From NCBI GenBank assembly GCA_038215275.1, contig JBBQRA010000003.1:355-64354 (forward strand): 64,000 nt of DNA, read 5' to 3'. Positions 9,511 through 18,799 of the stretch are shown piece after piece (the stretch's first letter is position 1; every line of letters starts with the position of its first letter). The notes under the pieces were generated by a model that saw nothing but the letters and a program-made list of their open reading frames with translations, did not search any database and had not been told where the DNA came from. Position numbers and translations under genes: made by a program. The stretch comes from Bryobacterales bacterium. GTDB taxonomy: Bacteria; Acidobacteriota; Terriglobia; Bryobacterales; Bryobacteraceae.

Positions 9511-10470
9511 TTGGCTCCGTTCAAACCGCTCATTCGCAATCCCCATCTGGCGACTATTGCGTCCAATTTCTGGCCGCGATACAAGGAATTAGAACGATAC
9601 CCCGTGCGAGCGGTCCGCTATGAGACCGAGGCCGGGGTATCTGTTTTGGTGCACGAGCAGCGCCCGGAAGGGGCATGCCGTGGGGAGGTTGTTCTCGTAC
9701 ACGGACTCGAAGGCTCGTCCGAGGGCGGGTACCTGCTGAGTATGGCGTACACAGCCCTGCAGGCGGGGTTTGCCGTTCATCGGGTGAACATTCGGGGGTG
9801 TGGGGGGACGGAAAGCTGGTGCCAAACCCTGTACCACGCCGGGCTGACGAGTGACCTGCACAGCATTCTGGACGAAATCTTTCCTCGTGCCGAGGGGCCG
9901 ATTTTGCTGGTGGGCTATTCGCTGGGCGGAAACGTCGTGCTGAAATTGACCGGAGAGGGTGGCCCGCAGCGGGCGACGGTGGCCGTCTCGACTCCGCTTG
10001 ATCTGCATGCCTGCGTGCGGGCGCTGGGCCGGCCGCAATGTTTTGTCTATCAGAACCGTTTCATCAACCGGATGCGGGACCGGCTGAAGGAGCGAGCGCG
10101 CCTGCATCCGGAGGTGTTCGCGCCACTGGCGGAGAGGGCCGAGCGGTCCAATATTCGGACTGTGTTCGATTTCGACGACCGGCTTACGGCGCCGTTCTTT
10201 GGCTTCGGCGATGCGCCGAACTATTACGCGACGCAGTCGGCGCAGAACTATCTGGATAAGATCGCGACACCGACGCTATTGATTACGGCGCAGGACGATC
10301 CGCTGGTGCCTTTCGACATTTACGGACATCCGGCGATTGCGGCGAACCGGCTCATTGAACTGGTCGCGCCGGCGCACGGAGGCCATGTGGCGTTTTTGGC
10401 CAAAGGGAAGCAGCGTTTCTGGCTGGACACGGCGGCCCTGGGGTGGCTTGAAACTTACGGGAACAAATAA
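9511..10470 (+). CDS. alpha/beta hydrolase (YheT/ABHD-like)
   Basis: Nucleophile elbow GYSLGGN. HGLEGSS near the N-terminus and AHGGHVAF near the C-terminus. TTG start as given in the ORF track. Confidence 0.78.
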   Translation: MAPFKPLIRNPHLATIASNFWPRYKELERYPVRAVRYETEAGVSVLVHEQRPEGACRGEVVLVHGLEGSSEGGYLLSMAYTALQAGFAVHRVNIRGCGGTESWCQTLYHAGLTSDLHSILDEIFPRAEGPILLVGYSLGGNVVLKLTGEGGPQRATVAVSTPLDLHACVRALGRPQCFVYQNRFINRMRDRLKERARLHPEVFAPLAERAERSNIRTVFDFDDRLTAPFFGFGDAPNYYATQSAQNYLDKIATPTLLITAQDDPLVPFDIYGHPAIAANRLIELVAPAHGGHVAFLAKGKQRFWLDTAALGWLETYGNK

Positions 10471-10500
10471 ACTGTTGGGTTCGTCCTTTGTAACGACCTG

Positions 10501-11748
10501 ATGGCCAAGACTAACAATGCCTCGTTCGCCGAAGCCGCCCGCGTGGCGTTCGGCTCTTTGCGCGCGAGCAAACTGCGCAGTTTTCTTACGCTGCTCGGGA
10601 TCATCCTGGCGACCACCACACTAATCGCCGTCATGAGCGTGATTCGCGGGATGGACGACTACATCGCCACGCAAGTGGCCGATATGGGCGTCGATGGGTT
10701 CCGGGTGCGGCGGATGGTGATGATCGGGCAGTGGGACCCGAAGAAGTTTCTCGAAATGCAACGGCGGAATCCACAGCTGTCCCGGGAAGAGTTCGCCTTC
10801 TTGAAGCGCGAATCGAAACTGCTGCGGGAAGTGGGCATGGAAACGAACCGACAGGCGACGCTGAACTTTCTTACCGAGCGGATGGAAGAGGTGGAGCTGC
10901 GCGGGGTGACGGCAAATGTCGGGGTGATTACGAACACGCAGATTGCCCAGGGACGGTTTTTGACGGAGTCGGACGACGCCCGGCGATTGCAGGTGGCCGT
11001 GATCGGCCATGAGGTGAAACAGAAGTTCTTCCCGTCTGTGGATCCGATTGGAAAGACCATGGACGTGAGCGGGCGGCCGTTCACGGTGGTGGGCGTGGCG
11101 AAGGAACAGGGCAGCGTTTTCGGGCAGTCGCGGGACCGGTTCGTGGTGATCCCGGTGGAGACCTACTTCAAACATCACGGCAGCCGGAAGGGCATTGGCT
11201 ATGCGGCGCTGGCCATGGACCGGGACCACTTGGAGCAGGCGCAGGACGAGGTGCGGTCGCTGCTGCGGGCTTGGCGCCATGTGCCACCGGGCGAGGTCGA
11301 TAATTTCGGTTTGTTTTCTTCGGATTCGCTGGTGGCGGCTTGGGACCAGATGACGAGCGCTATTGCAGCGACGGCAGTGGCGATTGTGAGCGTGTTCATG
11401 GTGGTGGGCGGGGTGGTGGTGATGAACATCATGCTGGCCGTCGTGACGGAACGAACCCACGAGATCGGGATCCGGAAGTCAATCGGGGCGCGGCGGCAGG
11501 ACATTTTGAACCAGTTCCTGGTGGAGTCGAGCGTGCTGTCGGGTACGGGGGGATTTATCGGGGTCATGATTGCGTGGGTTGTCGCGGTGGTCGTGCGAAA
11601 TACGACTTCGGTGCCGATGTCGGTGCCGGGGTCGGCTATTTTTATCGGCGTGGGGCTTTCGGCGGTAGTGGGTTTGTTTTTTGGGATCTATCCGGCGAAT
11701 GTCGCTTCGAAGCTGGATCCGATTGAAGCACTACGGGCGGACCATTAA
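10501..11748 (+). CDS. MacB-type ABC transporter permease (periplasmic domain + FtsX)
   Basis: N-terminal TM, large extracytoplasmic domain, C-terminal FtsX motif ERTHEIGIRKSIGARRQDILNQFLVES followed by 3 TM segments. Confidence 0.85.
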   Translation: MAKTNNASFAEAARVAFGSLRASKLRSFLTLLGIILATTTLIAVMSVIRGMDDYIATQVADMGVDGFRVRRMVMIGQWDPKKFLEMQRRNPQLSREEFAFLKRESKLLREVGMETNRQATLNFLTERMEEVELRGVTANVGVITNTQIAQGRFLTESDDARRLQVAVIGHEVKQKFFPSVDPIGKTMDVSGRPFTVVGVAKEQGSVFGQSRDRFVVIPVETYFKHHGSRKGIGYAALAMDRDHLEQAQDEVRSLLRAWRHVPPGEVDNFGLFSSDSLVAAWDQMTSAIAATAVAIVSVFMVVGGVVVMNIMLAVVTERTHEIGIRKSIGARRQDILNQFLVESSVLSGTGGFIGVMIAWVVAVVVRNTTSVPMSVPGSAIFIGVGLSAVVGLFFGIYPANVASKLDPIEALRADH

Positions 11749-11751
11749 GCG

Positions 11752-12984
11752 ATGCGGCAAATCTGGTTTGGCATACAACTCGCTCTGGACACGCTGCGCG
11801 GCCATAAGCTTCGCGCGTTTCTGACGGTGCTGGGCGTGATTATCGGGACGAGCACGGTGATCGGCGTGGGATCAATCATCGCGGGGCTGGACGGGGCGAT
11901 CACGAACCAGTTGAAGAGTTTCGGGACGAATAATCTTGTGGTGACGAAGTGGGACTCGTTGATCGGGTTTGGCGGGCGCTCGCTCGAAGAGCGGCTGCGG
12001 AAGCCGCTGACTTATGAGAATGCCGTAGCGATCAATGAGCGCTGCCCGAGCGTGGCGAGCGTGAGCCCGTGGCTGTTTGCGCCTTGGAACATGATCCACA
12101 AGGGGAAATATAAGGGCGTGGATGCGTTCAACCTGAACCTGGGCGGGACCGATCCGGGGTATGTGGAAAGCGGCGTGGAGATGGTGCATGGGCGGTTCTT
12201 CACAGAGTCAGAGAACCTGCGGCGGCTGCCGGTGGTGGTGTTGGGGGAAGACCTGGGGAAGAGTTGGTTTCAAAACGCGGACCCGGTGGGGAAGAGCGTG
12301 GAGATTGACGGCCACATTTTTGAAGTCGTCGGGGTGATGAAGCGGCCGACGGCGTCGATGCCGGGGCAGGAAGACCGGCGGGCGCTGTTCCCGTACTTCA
12401 GCATGCGGAAGCTGTTCCCGAGCGCGCGAGAACATATGTTGATCGTGGTGGCGCAGGAGGGACGGCAGGCCGCGGCGATCGACGAAGTCCGGGCGGTGTT
12501 GCGGATTGAGCGGCGGCTACCGTATGGCAAGCAGGACAGTTTTGCGATTTCGACGGCGGAGCAGATGATCGATCAATTTCGCGGAGTGATCTCAATGGTC
12601 GCGCTGGTGATGGTGGTGATGAGTTCGATCGGGCTGCTGGTGGGCGGGATCGGCGTGATGAACATTATGCTGGTGAGCGTGACGGAGCGGACGCGGGAGA
12701 TTGGGACGCGGAAGGCGCTGGGGGCGCGGCGGATCGACATTGTGACGCAGTTCCTGACGGAGGCCGTCGTGCTGACGTTCTTGGGTGGCTTGGCAGGAAT
12801 GGGCGTGGGTTGGCTGATTTCGCAGGCCGTGGGGTTGGTGTTCCCGACGCTGCCTACGGCGGTCCCGGTGTGGGCGGTGGTCGCGGGACTGGGGGTATCG
12901 ATTGGTGTGGGTTTGTTTTTCGGAATTTGGCCGGCGAGTAAGGCGGCAAGCCTGGACCCGGTAGTCGCGTTACGCTACGAATAG
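11752..12984 (+). CDS. MacB-type ABC transporter permease (paralogue of the preceding gene)
   Basis: Same architecture: ERTREIGTRKALGARRIDIVTQFLTEA plus C-terminal TM segments. 3-nt gap to the upstream gene. Confidence 0.85.
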   Translation: MRQIWFGIQLALDTLRGHKLRAFLTVLGVIIGTSTVIGVGSIIAGLDGAITNQLKSFGTNNLVVTKWDSLIGFGGRSLEERLRKPLTYENAVAINERCPSVASVSPWLFAPWNMIHKGKYKGVDAFNLNLGGTDPGYVESGVEMVHGRFFTESENLRRLPVVVLGEDLGKSWFQNADPVGKSVEIDGHIFEVVGVMKRPTASMPGQEDRRALFPYFSMRKLFPSAREHMLIVVAQEGRQAAAIDEVRAVLRIERRLPYGKQDSFAISTAEQMIDQFRGVISMVALVMVVMSSIGLLVGGIGVMNIMLVSVTERTREIGTRKALGARRIDIVTQFLTEAVVLTFLGGLAGMGVGWLISQAVGLVFPTLPTAVPVWAVVAGLGVSIGVGLFFGIWPASKAASLDPVVALRYE

Positions 12985-12985
12985 T

Positions 12986-14479
12986 ATGTCTTTTCGAAAT
13001 CTCACTTGCCTGGGCCTGCTGGCGCCCGTGCTGCTCTGCGCCCAAAGCCTAGCTGACTTCGAGAAACGGGTGACGGAGTTCACGCTGAAGAACGGGATGC
13101 ACTTCCTGGTGATGGAACGGCACGACTCGCCGACGGTGGCGTTTCACGCTCACGTGAACGTGGGTGCAGCGAACGATCCGGCGAATGCGTCGTCGACGGC
13201 GCACATGTTTGAACACATGATCGGCAAGGGTACGGCGTCGTTGGGATCGAAGAATTTCGCGATGGAGCAGAAGGCGCTGGCGGCTGTGGAAGAGGCTTAC
13301 GACAAGCTGGAGGAAGAGCGGCGGAAAGAGCGGCGGGCGGACAAGACGCAGATTGAGCGCCTGGAAGCCGGGCTGAAGAAGGCCATCGAAGAGGCCGACA
13401 AGTATGTCGAGCAAAACGCCTTCACGCGGGAGATTGAGAAGAGTGGCGGAGTAGGCTTTAACGCGTCTACGGGCTTGGATACGACGAACTACTTCTATAG
13501 CCTGCCGTCGAACCGGACTGAGCTTTGGTTTGCGCTGCAATCGGAATGGTTCCGGCAGCCGGTGTTCCGCGAGTTCTATAAAGAGCGGGACGTGGTGCGG
13601 GAAGAGCGGCGGATGCGCGTGGAATCGTCAGCGCAGGGCAAGCTGATTGAGGCACTGCTGACGACGGCGTTTGCGGCGCATCCGTACCGGAATTTTATAG
13701 GCTGGGCGAGCGACATTGAGAATCTGCGGGCGAAGGGCGCGGCCGAGTTCCACAAGACGTACTATGTGCCGGCCAACATCACTATTTCAATTGTCGGCGA
13801 TGTGAACACGGCGCAGGTGAAGCAGTGGGCCGAGAAGTACTTCGGGCCGATTCCGGCGGGACCGCTGCCGCCGCGGCTTTATACTACCGAGCCGCCGCAG
13901 AACGGCGAGAAGCGGGTGACGGTGGATACCGAGGCCCAGCCGTTTATCGCGATCGCTTACCACCGGCCCGAGGGTACCCATCCGGACGACCCGGCGATTG
14001 CGGTGCTAGATGGGATATTGTCGGGCGGGCGCACGGGGAAGCTGAACCGGGAACTAGTGGAGGAGAAGAAGCTGGCGCTGGGCGCCGACACCGGGGCGAC
14101 GTTCCCGAGCGGGAAGTATCCGAACCTGTTCATCGTTTTTATGGTGCCGAACGCGGGCAAGACGGTGGAGGATCTGGAGAAGGCGTGGGACGAGTTGATC
14201 GAGAAGATGAAAAAGGAACCAATCGATGAAGCGGCGGTGAAGCGCGTGAAGACGAAGCTGCGGGCCGGTTTCATCGCGGGGCTCGACAGCAATAGTGGCC
14301 TGGCGCGGCAGATGGCGGAGGCCCATGTGGCTTTGGGGTCGTGGAAGAAGGTGTTCACGGAGTTGGAGGAGTTAGAGAAAGTCACCTCCGCGGACGTGAA
14401 GCGGGTGCTGAACACGTACCTGACGAAGAAAAACCGGACCGTTGCTTATAGCATTCAAGTTAAGCCGGAGGGCAAGTAA
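12986..14479 (+). CDS. M16 (pitrilysin/insulinase) family zinc peptidase, catalytic-type subunit
   Basis: Inverted zinc motif HxxEH is present (AHMFEHMIGKG). Signal peptide present. 1-nt gap to the upstream permease gene. Confidence 0.85.
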   Translation: MSFRNLTCLGLLAPVLLCAQSLADFEKRVTEFTLKNGMHFLVMERHDSPTVAFHAHVNVGAANDPANASSTAHMFEHMIGKGTASLGSKNFAMEQKALAAVEEAYDKLEEERRKERRADKTQIERLEAGLKKAIEEADKYVEQNAFTREIEKSGGVGFNASTGLDTTNYFYSLPSNRTELWFALQSEWFRQPVFREFYKERDVVREERRMRVESSAQGKLIEALLTTAFAAHPYRNFIGWASDIENLRAKGAAEFHKTYYVPANITISIVGDVNTAQVKQWAEKYFGPIPAGPLPPRLYTTEPPQNGEKRVTVDTEAQPFIAIAYHRPEGTHPDDPAIAVLDGILSGGRTGKLNRELVEEKKLALGADTGATFPSGKYPNLFIVFMVPNAGKTVEDLEKAWDELIEKMKKEPIDEAAVKRVKTKLRAGFIAGLDSNSGLARQMAEAHVALGSWKKVFTELEELEKVTSADVKRVLNTYLTKKNRTVAYSIQVKPEGK

Positions 14480-14482
14480 TCC

Positions 14483-16555
14483 ATGCGTACACTACTCACT
14501 CTCTTTGCGGTTGCCGGAATCGCATTCTCTCAACCGGCGTACAAGCAGTTGAAGTATCCGAAGCTGGGCGAGGTGAAGATTCCGGACATTGAGACGTTCA
14601 CGCTGCCGAATGGGATCAAGGTGTTTCTGCTCGAGAACCATAACCTTCCTTTGATCAATGGCATTGCTCTGGTGCGGACTGGGACTCTGCTGGAGCCGGC
14701 GGACAAGACCGGGGTGCATGTCATTGCGGCGGGCACGATGCGGACGGGCGGGACGAAGGCGAAGACCGGCGACCAATTGGACGAACAGTTGGAGGCGATT
14801 GCGGCGGGCGTGGAATCGAGCATCGACGAGACGCTGGCCTCGGTTTCGTTTAATTGTTTGAAAGAGAACATTGACGAGGTGTTGGGCGTTTTCTTCGACG
14901 TCCTGACGGCGCCGGAGTTCCGGCAGAACAAGATCGACTTGCTGAAGATGCAATACCGGTCCGCGATTGGCCGGCGGTATGACGATGCGGGCGAAGTGAA
15001 CAACGCGGAGTTCTCGGATACGGTGTACGGGAAAGATACGCCGTTCGGGCGGAGCATTGAATACGAAACGCTCGACCGGATTCAGCGGGAGGACCTGCTT
15101 GCGTTCCACAAGCGCTACTACTTCCCGGCGAATGTCCGGCTGGCGATTCAGGGCGACTTTGATAAGGCAGCCATGCGGGCGCGCCTGGAGCAGATTTTTG
15201 CCAATTGGACCGTGCAGCAGCCGCCAGTGCCGGAGTTCCCGAAGGTGACGCACGTGGCGAAGCCGGGGATCTACGTCGGCGATAAGAAAGAGGTGAACCA
15301 GACGTCGTTCAGCGTCGGCCACTTGGGCGGGCTGCTGAGCGATAAGGATTACCCGGCGCTCGAAGTGCTGAGCGACATTCTGGGCGGCAGCTTCGATTCG
15401 CGGCTGTTCCGGAAGGTGCGGACGGAGATGGGGCTGGCCTATAGCGTGGGCGCGGGCTGGGGTGCGGGATATCTGAATCCGGGGCTGTTCCGGGTTTCGG
15501 GTTCGACGAAGTCGGAATCGACGGTGTTGACGTTCCAGACGATTCAGCAGGAGATCAACCGGATCCGAACGGAGCTGGTAACCGATCAGGAGTTGAACGA
15601 TGCGAAAGAGAAAGTGGTGAACTCGTTCGTGTTCAACTTCGACCGGCCGTCGAAGACGTTGTCGCGGCTGTTCCGGTACGGGTACTACGGCTATCCGAAG
15701 GACTTCCTGTTCACTTATCAGAAGGCCTTGGCGGCGGTAACAAAGGAGGACATTCTGCGGGTGGCGAAGCAGTACATTCAGCCGGAGAAGTTTGTCTATG
15801 TCGCGATTACGAATACGGACCAGTTGAAGACGCCGCTGACCGATTTGAAGCTGCCGATTACGCAGTTGGAACTAAAGGTGAAGGAGCCGAAGAAAGTAGT
15901 TTCGGCGGCGGATCCGGCATCGCTCGCCAAGGGCAAGGCGATTTTGGCGCGGATGCAGCAGGCGATGGGCGGGGTGGAGAAACTGGCCGAAATCAAAGAC
16001 GTCGTAATGTCGAACAAGGCAGAGCTGGGGCCGATGAAGGTGAACCAGAAAGTGCAGTTGTTGCTGCCGGATAAGGTTCGGCAGGAGCAGGAGCTTCCAT
16101 TTGGGAAGGTGATTGCGGCGTTTGACGGGAAGAGCGGCTTCCTGGTGGCGCCGGGCGCGCCGGGTCCGCAGCCGATGCCGGCTCCAGTGCTGAAGCAGGT
16201 GGGCGATGAGCTGTTTGCGACGCTGGTGACCCTGCTGCAGAGCGACACGATGGCGGGGCGGACAGTGAACGCGATTGGCGATAACCGGATTGAGATTACC
16301 GCTGGTGGCGGGGAAGCGGCGAAGCTGGAGTTGGACCCGGCAACGGGTCTGCCGGCGAAGTTGATCGTCGAGGCGATGGGACCGCAGGGCAAGATGGAAG
16401 TGGAGCGGCAGTTCAGCGACTGGAAGGACGTAAACGGAGTGAAGTTCCCTTTCAAAACGGTGATCCTGCAGGGTGGAAAAGCGGCGGGAACGACTATAAG
16501 CGAAACTATTACCACCAATACGGGCGTCTCAATAGAAGAGATCATGAAAAAGTGA
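14483..16555 (+). CDS. M16-family peptidase-like protein lacking HxxEH, with a C-terminal extension of about 220 aa
   Basis: M16 fold features (TLPNGIKVFLLENH..., YYFPANVRLAIQGDF). The HxxEH position reads GVHVIAAGTM. The extra C-terminal domain begins near GKAILARMQQAMGG. Confidence 0.8.
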   Translation: MRTLLTLFAVAGIAFSQPAYKQLKYPKLGEVKIPDIETFTLPNGIKVFLLENHNLPLINGIALVRTGTLLEPADKTGVHVIAAGTMRTGGTKAKTGDQLDEQLEAIAAGVESSIDETLASVSFNCLKENIDEVLGVFFDVLTAPEFRQNKIDLLKMQYRSAIGRRYDDAGEVNNAEFSDTVYGKDTPFGRSIEYETLDRIQREDLLAFHKRYYFPANVRLAIQGDFDKAAMRARLEQIFANWTVQQPPVPEFPKVTHVAKPGIYVGDKKEVNQTSFSVGHLGGLLSDKDYPALEVLSDILGGSFDSRLFRKVRTEMGLAYSVGAGWGAGYLNPGLFRVSGSTKSESTVLTFQTIQQEINRIRTELVTDQELNDAKEKVVNSFVFNFDRPSKTLSRLFRYGYYGYPKDFLFTYQKALAAVTKEDILRVAKQYIQPEKFVYVAITNTDQLKTPLTDLKLPITQLELKVKEPKKVVSAADPASLAKGKAILARMQQAMGGVEKLAEIKDVVMSNKAELGPMKVNQKVQLLLPDKVRQEQELPFGKVIAAFDGKSGFLVAPGAPGPQPMPAPVLKQVGDELFATLVTLLQSDTMAGRTVNAIGDNRIEITAGGGEAAKLELDPATGLPAKLIVEAMGPQGKMEVERQFSDWKDVNGVKFPFKTVILQGGKAAGTTISETITTNTGVSIEEIMKK

Positions 16556-17337
16556 CCCGACGGACTGCCCTCTTCTCACTCGCCTCGCCGGCCTTGCTGC
16601 TGGCGGATCGCCAAACAGCCGGCAAGCAGCTTCTGGCTGAGACGCTGACCGCCATGGGTGGTCCTGCGTTTCTGGCGATGAACGACCGGACTGAAGCCGG
16701 GCGTTTGTACTCGTTCTACCGGGAGCGCCTTTCCGGGTTGACCCGGGCGCGGATCTATACGCGCTACGGGCCAGAGCCGAAGCCAGGCGAGTTGGACGTA
16801 CAGGAGCGGCAATCGTATGGAAAGGACAAGGAAGATTACGCGGTGTTGTTCGAGGAGACCGCGGGGTATCAGGTTTCCGACCGCGGGGCCCGGCCGCTGG
16901 CGCCGGACGTTTGGGAGCGATATCAGGACACGACTCTGCGGAATATTTTCTACATTCTGCGGCAGCGGCGGAACGAACCGGGGCTGATTGTGGAGCACAG
17001 AGAGACCGGGGTGCTGGAGAATCAACCGGTGGAAGTACTGGATATCACCGATGCCGAGAACCGATTAGTGACCGTGTACCTTCACCGGACGACTAAGTTG
17101 CCCCTGCGGCAGGTGTTTTACCGGCGCGATGCGATGCGTTACCGGCATGAGGAGATTAGTATCTTCGCCAAATACCGCGACGTGGGCGGCGGGGCGATGT
17201 GGCCGTGGAACATTGTCCGGAACCGGGACGGGGAAAAGGCGTTTGAGATCTTTTCGGAGCAGGTCACGATCAACGACAAGTTGGACGAGAAGCTGTTCGA
17301 ACTACCGCCAGACTTGCCGCGGCTGAAAACGATTTAG
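16552..17337 (+). CDS. hypothetical secreted protein, paralogous to the C-terminal extension of the preceding M16-like protein
   Basis: GTG start in a GTGA overlap with the upstream stop. GKQLLAETLTAMGG... and the tail ...FAKYRDVGGGAMWPWNIV... align by eye with GKAILARMQQAMGG... / ...FSDWKDVNGVKFPFKTVI... of the upstream protein. Confidence 0.55.
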   Translation: MTRRTALFSLASPALLLADRQTAGKQLLAETLTAMGGPAFLAMNDRTEAGRLYSFYRERLSGLTRARIYTRYGPEPKPGELDVQERQSYGKDKEDYAVLFEETAGYQVSDRGARPLAPDVWERYQDTTLRNIFYILRQRRNEPGLIVEHRETGVLENQPVEVLDITDAENRLVTVYLHRTTKLPLRQVFYRRDAMRYRHEEISIFAKYRDVGGGAMWPWNIVRNRDGEKAFEIFSEQVTINDKLDEKLFELPPDLPRLKTI

Positions 17338-17813
17338 AACAGTTTGGCCTGTGCGTCGGGGACGGTGGTTTTTTTCGGCGCTTTGAGGCCACTGCCTACC
17401 ACGGCGAGCACCTGGATGTCGAGGAGCGCGGCGCGGGGGACGAAGACTCGCTGGGGATTGACCCCTTGGTCCGGCGGCGTGACGGTATACCCGTGGGGGT
17501 CAAGCTGAAGGAGGCCGTTGCTGAGGAGGCCGTCCATTACTATGCCATCGCGGAAGCGCATGCGGACCCAGAGTCCGGCTTTCTTGGGGCGGCTGACGAA
17601 CTGGGCTCCGTCGAGACGGGGGAGGGGATCGTCGAAATCCTGAACGAAGCAGATGGCCTTAACGTCGGGGTAGGGGATGACGGCGAGGTTGCCGTCCTGC
17701 GAGAGAAACTCGATTCCGGACGCGGTTTGGAAGCCGGGAGATTGCACGAAACCGTGCAAGAGTTCCCGATCAAAGCGTAAAACCCGGACCTTTTTACTTG
17801 CGGAACTTGCCAA
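17334..17813 (-). CDS. hypothetical protein
   Basis: 159-aa ORF with protein-like composition. Convergent 4-nt overlap with the upstream operon. No recognised motif. Confidence 0.45.
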   Translation of the reverse strand: MASSASKKVRVLRFDRELLHGFVQSPGFQTASGIEFLSQDGNLAVIPYPDVKAICFVQDFDDPLPRLDGAQFVSRPKKAGLWVRMRFRDGIVMDGLLSNGLLQLDPHGYTVTPPDQGVNPQRVFVPRAALLDIQVLAVVGSGLKAPKKTTVPDAQAKLF

Positions 17814-17893
17814 AACGTGCCTGACCCCCTACAAACGCTTGATTTTGGCCCAAGAAGTTCAACATTTTTGCTAAATATTGTATCATTGGGGCA

Positions 17894-18793
17894 ATGTACC
17901 GCGAGGGTTCTCTCGCCGCGGAGGTCCGGCACTTTATCGACTTTTGTCGTATCGAGAAGGGTCTAGCCGCCAATTCGCTGGAATCTTACGGTCGGGATCT
18001 CGATCGGTTCTCCTGTTTTTGTGGAGGAGCAGACGCGACGGTGCCGTCCTCGCCGGAACAGATTGGACAGTATTTGGACTCGTTATATCAGGGCGGTTGT
18101 TCGGCCAGGACGGTGGCGCGCCACTTGACATCCTTACGAAACTTCTATAGGCATTTGCAGCGGGAGCGCCGGATGGAGGACAATCCCACCGAGTTGCTGA
18201 GTGCACCAAAGGCGATGCAGGCGATTCCGAAGTTCCTAAATTCGGCAGAAGTGGAAAAGCTGCTGGCGGCTCCGCCGGTGGACGCCCTGACGGGGGTGCG
18301 GGACCGGGCGATGCTGCAGTTGCTTTATGCGTGCGGGTTGCGCGTGTCAGAACTGATCCTGGTGGAGTTGAGCAATGTCAACTTGGAGATGGGGTATCTC
18401 CGGGTAACCGGCAAGGGAAACAAGCAGCGGTTGATTCCGATGGGTCAGGCGGCGATTGCCGCTATTGAAACCTACCTTGCCTCGGCGCGCCCCGGGTTAC
18501 TCAAAGGCCGGGCCAGCCGATTTCTTTTTGTTACCGCGCGCGGCACTAGCATGACCCGGCAGGGTTTTTGGAAGTTACTCGCGCAGTATGGCAAGACGGT
18601 GGGAATTTTCCACCATTTAACTCCTCATGTTTTGCGCCATTCCTTCGCGACACATCTACTCGAAGGCGGCGCCGATTTGCGCAGCGTACAAGCCATGCTC
18701 GGCCACGCCGACATTGGCACCACACAAATTTATACCCACGTCGCCCGCGGCCGCCTGCGCCGCGTGGTGGACGATCATCATCCCCGAGCCTAA
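17894..18793 (+). CDS. xerD: tyrosine recombinase XerD/XerC family
   Basis: N-terminal SAM-like domain (FIDFCRIEKGLAANSLESYGRDL). Catalytic region RVSELI...HVLRHSFATHLLEGGADLRSVQAMLGHADIGTTQIYTH. The XerC versus XerD call is tentative. Confidence 0.82.
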   Translation: MYREGSLAAEVRHFIDFCRIEKGLAANSLESYGRDLDRFSCFCGGADATVPSSPEQIGQYLDSLYQGGCSARTVARHLTSLRNFYRHLQRERRMEDNPTELLSAPKAMQAIPKFLNSAEVEKLLAAPPVDALTGVRDRAMLQLLYACGLRVSELILVELSNVNLEMGYLRVTGKGNKQRLIPMGQAAIAAIETYLASARPGLLKGRASRFLFVTARGTSMTRQGFWKLLAQYGKTVGIFHHLTPHVLRHSFATHLLEGGADLRSVQAMLGHADIGTTQIYTHVARGRLRRVVDDHHPRA

Positions 18794-18799
18794 AACTTC

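Noticed and set aside
17894-18793. XerD-type recombinase as a marker of an integrated mobile element
   Set aside because: The sequence looks like the housekeeping XerC/D chromosome-dimer resolvase. The flanks are ordinary chromosomal genes with host-like composition, and I saw no flanking direct repeats or tRNA.
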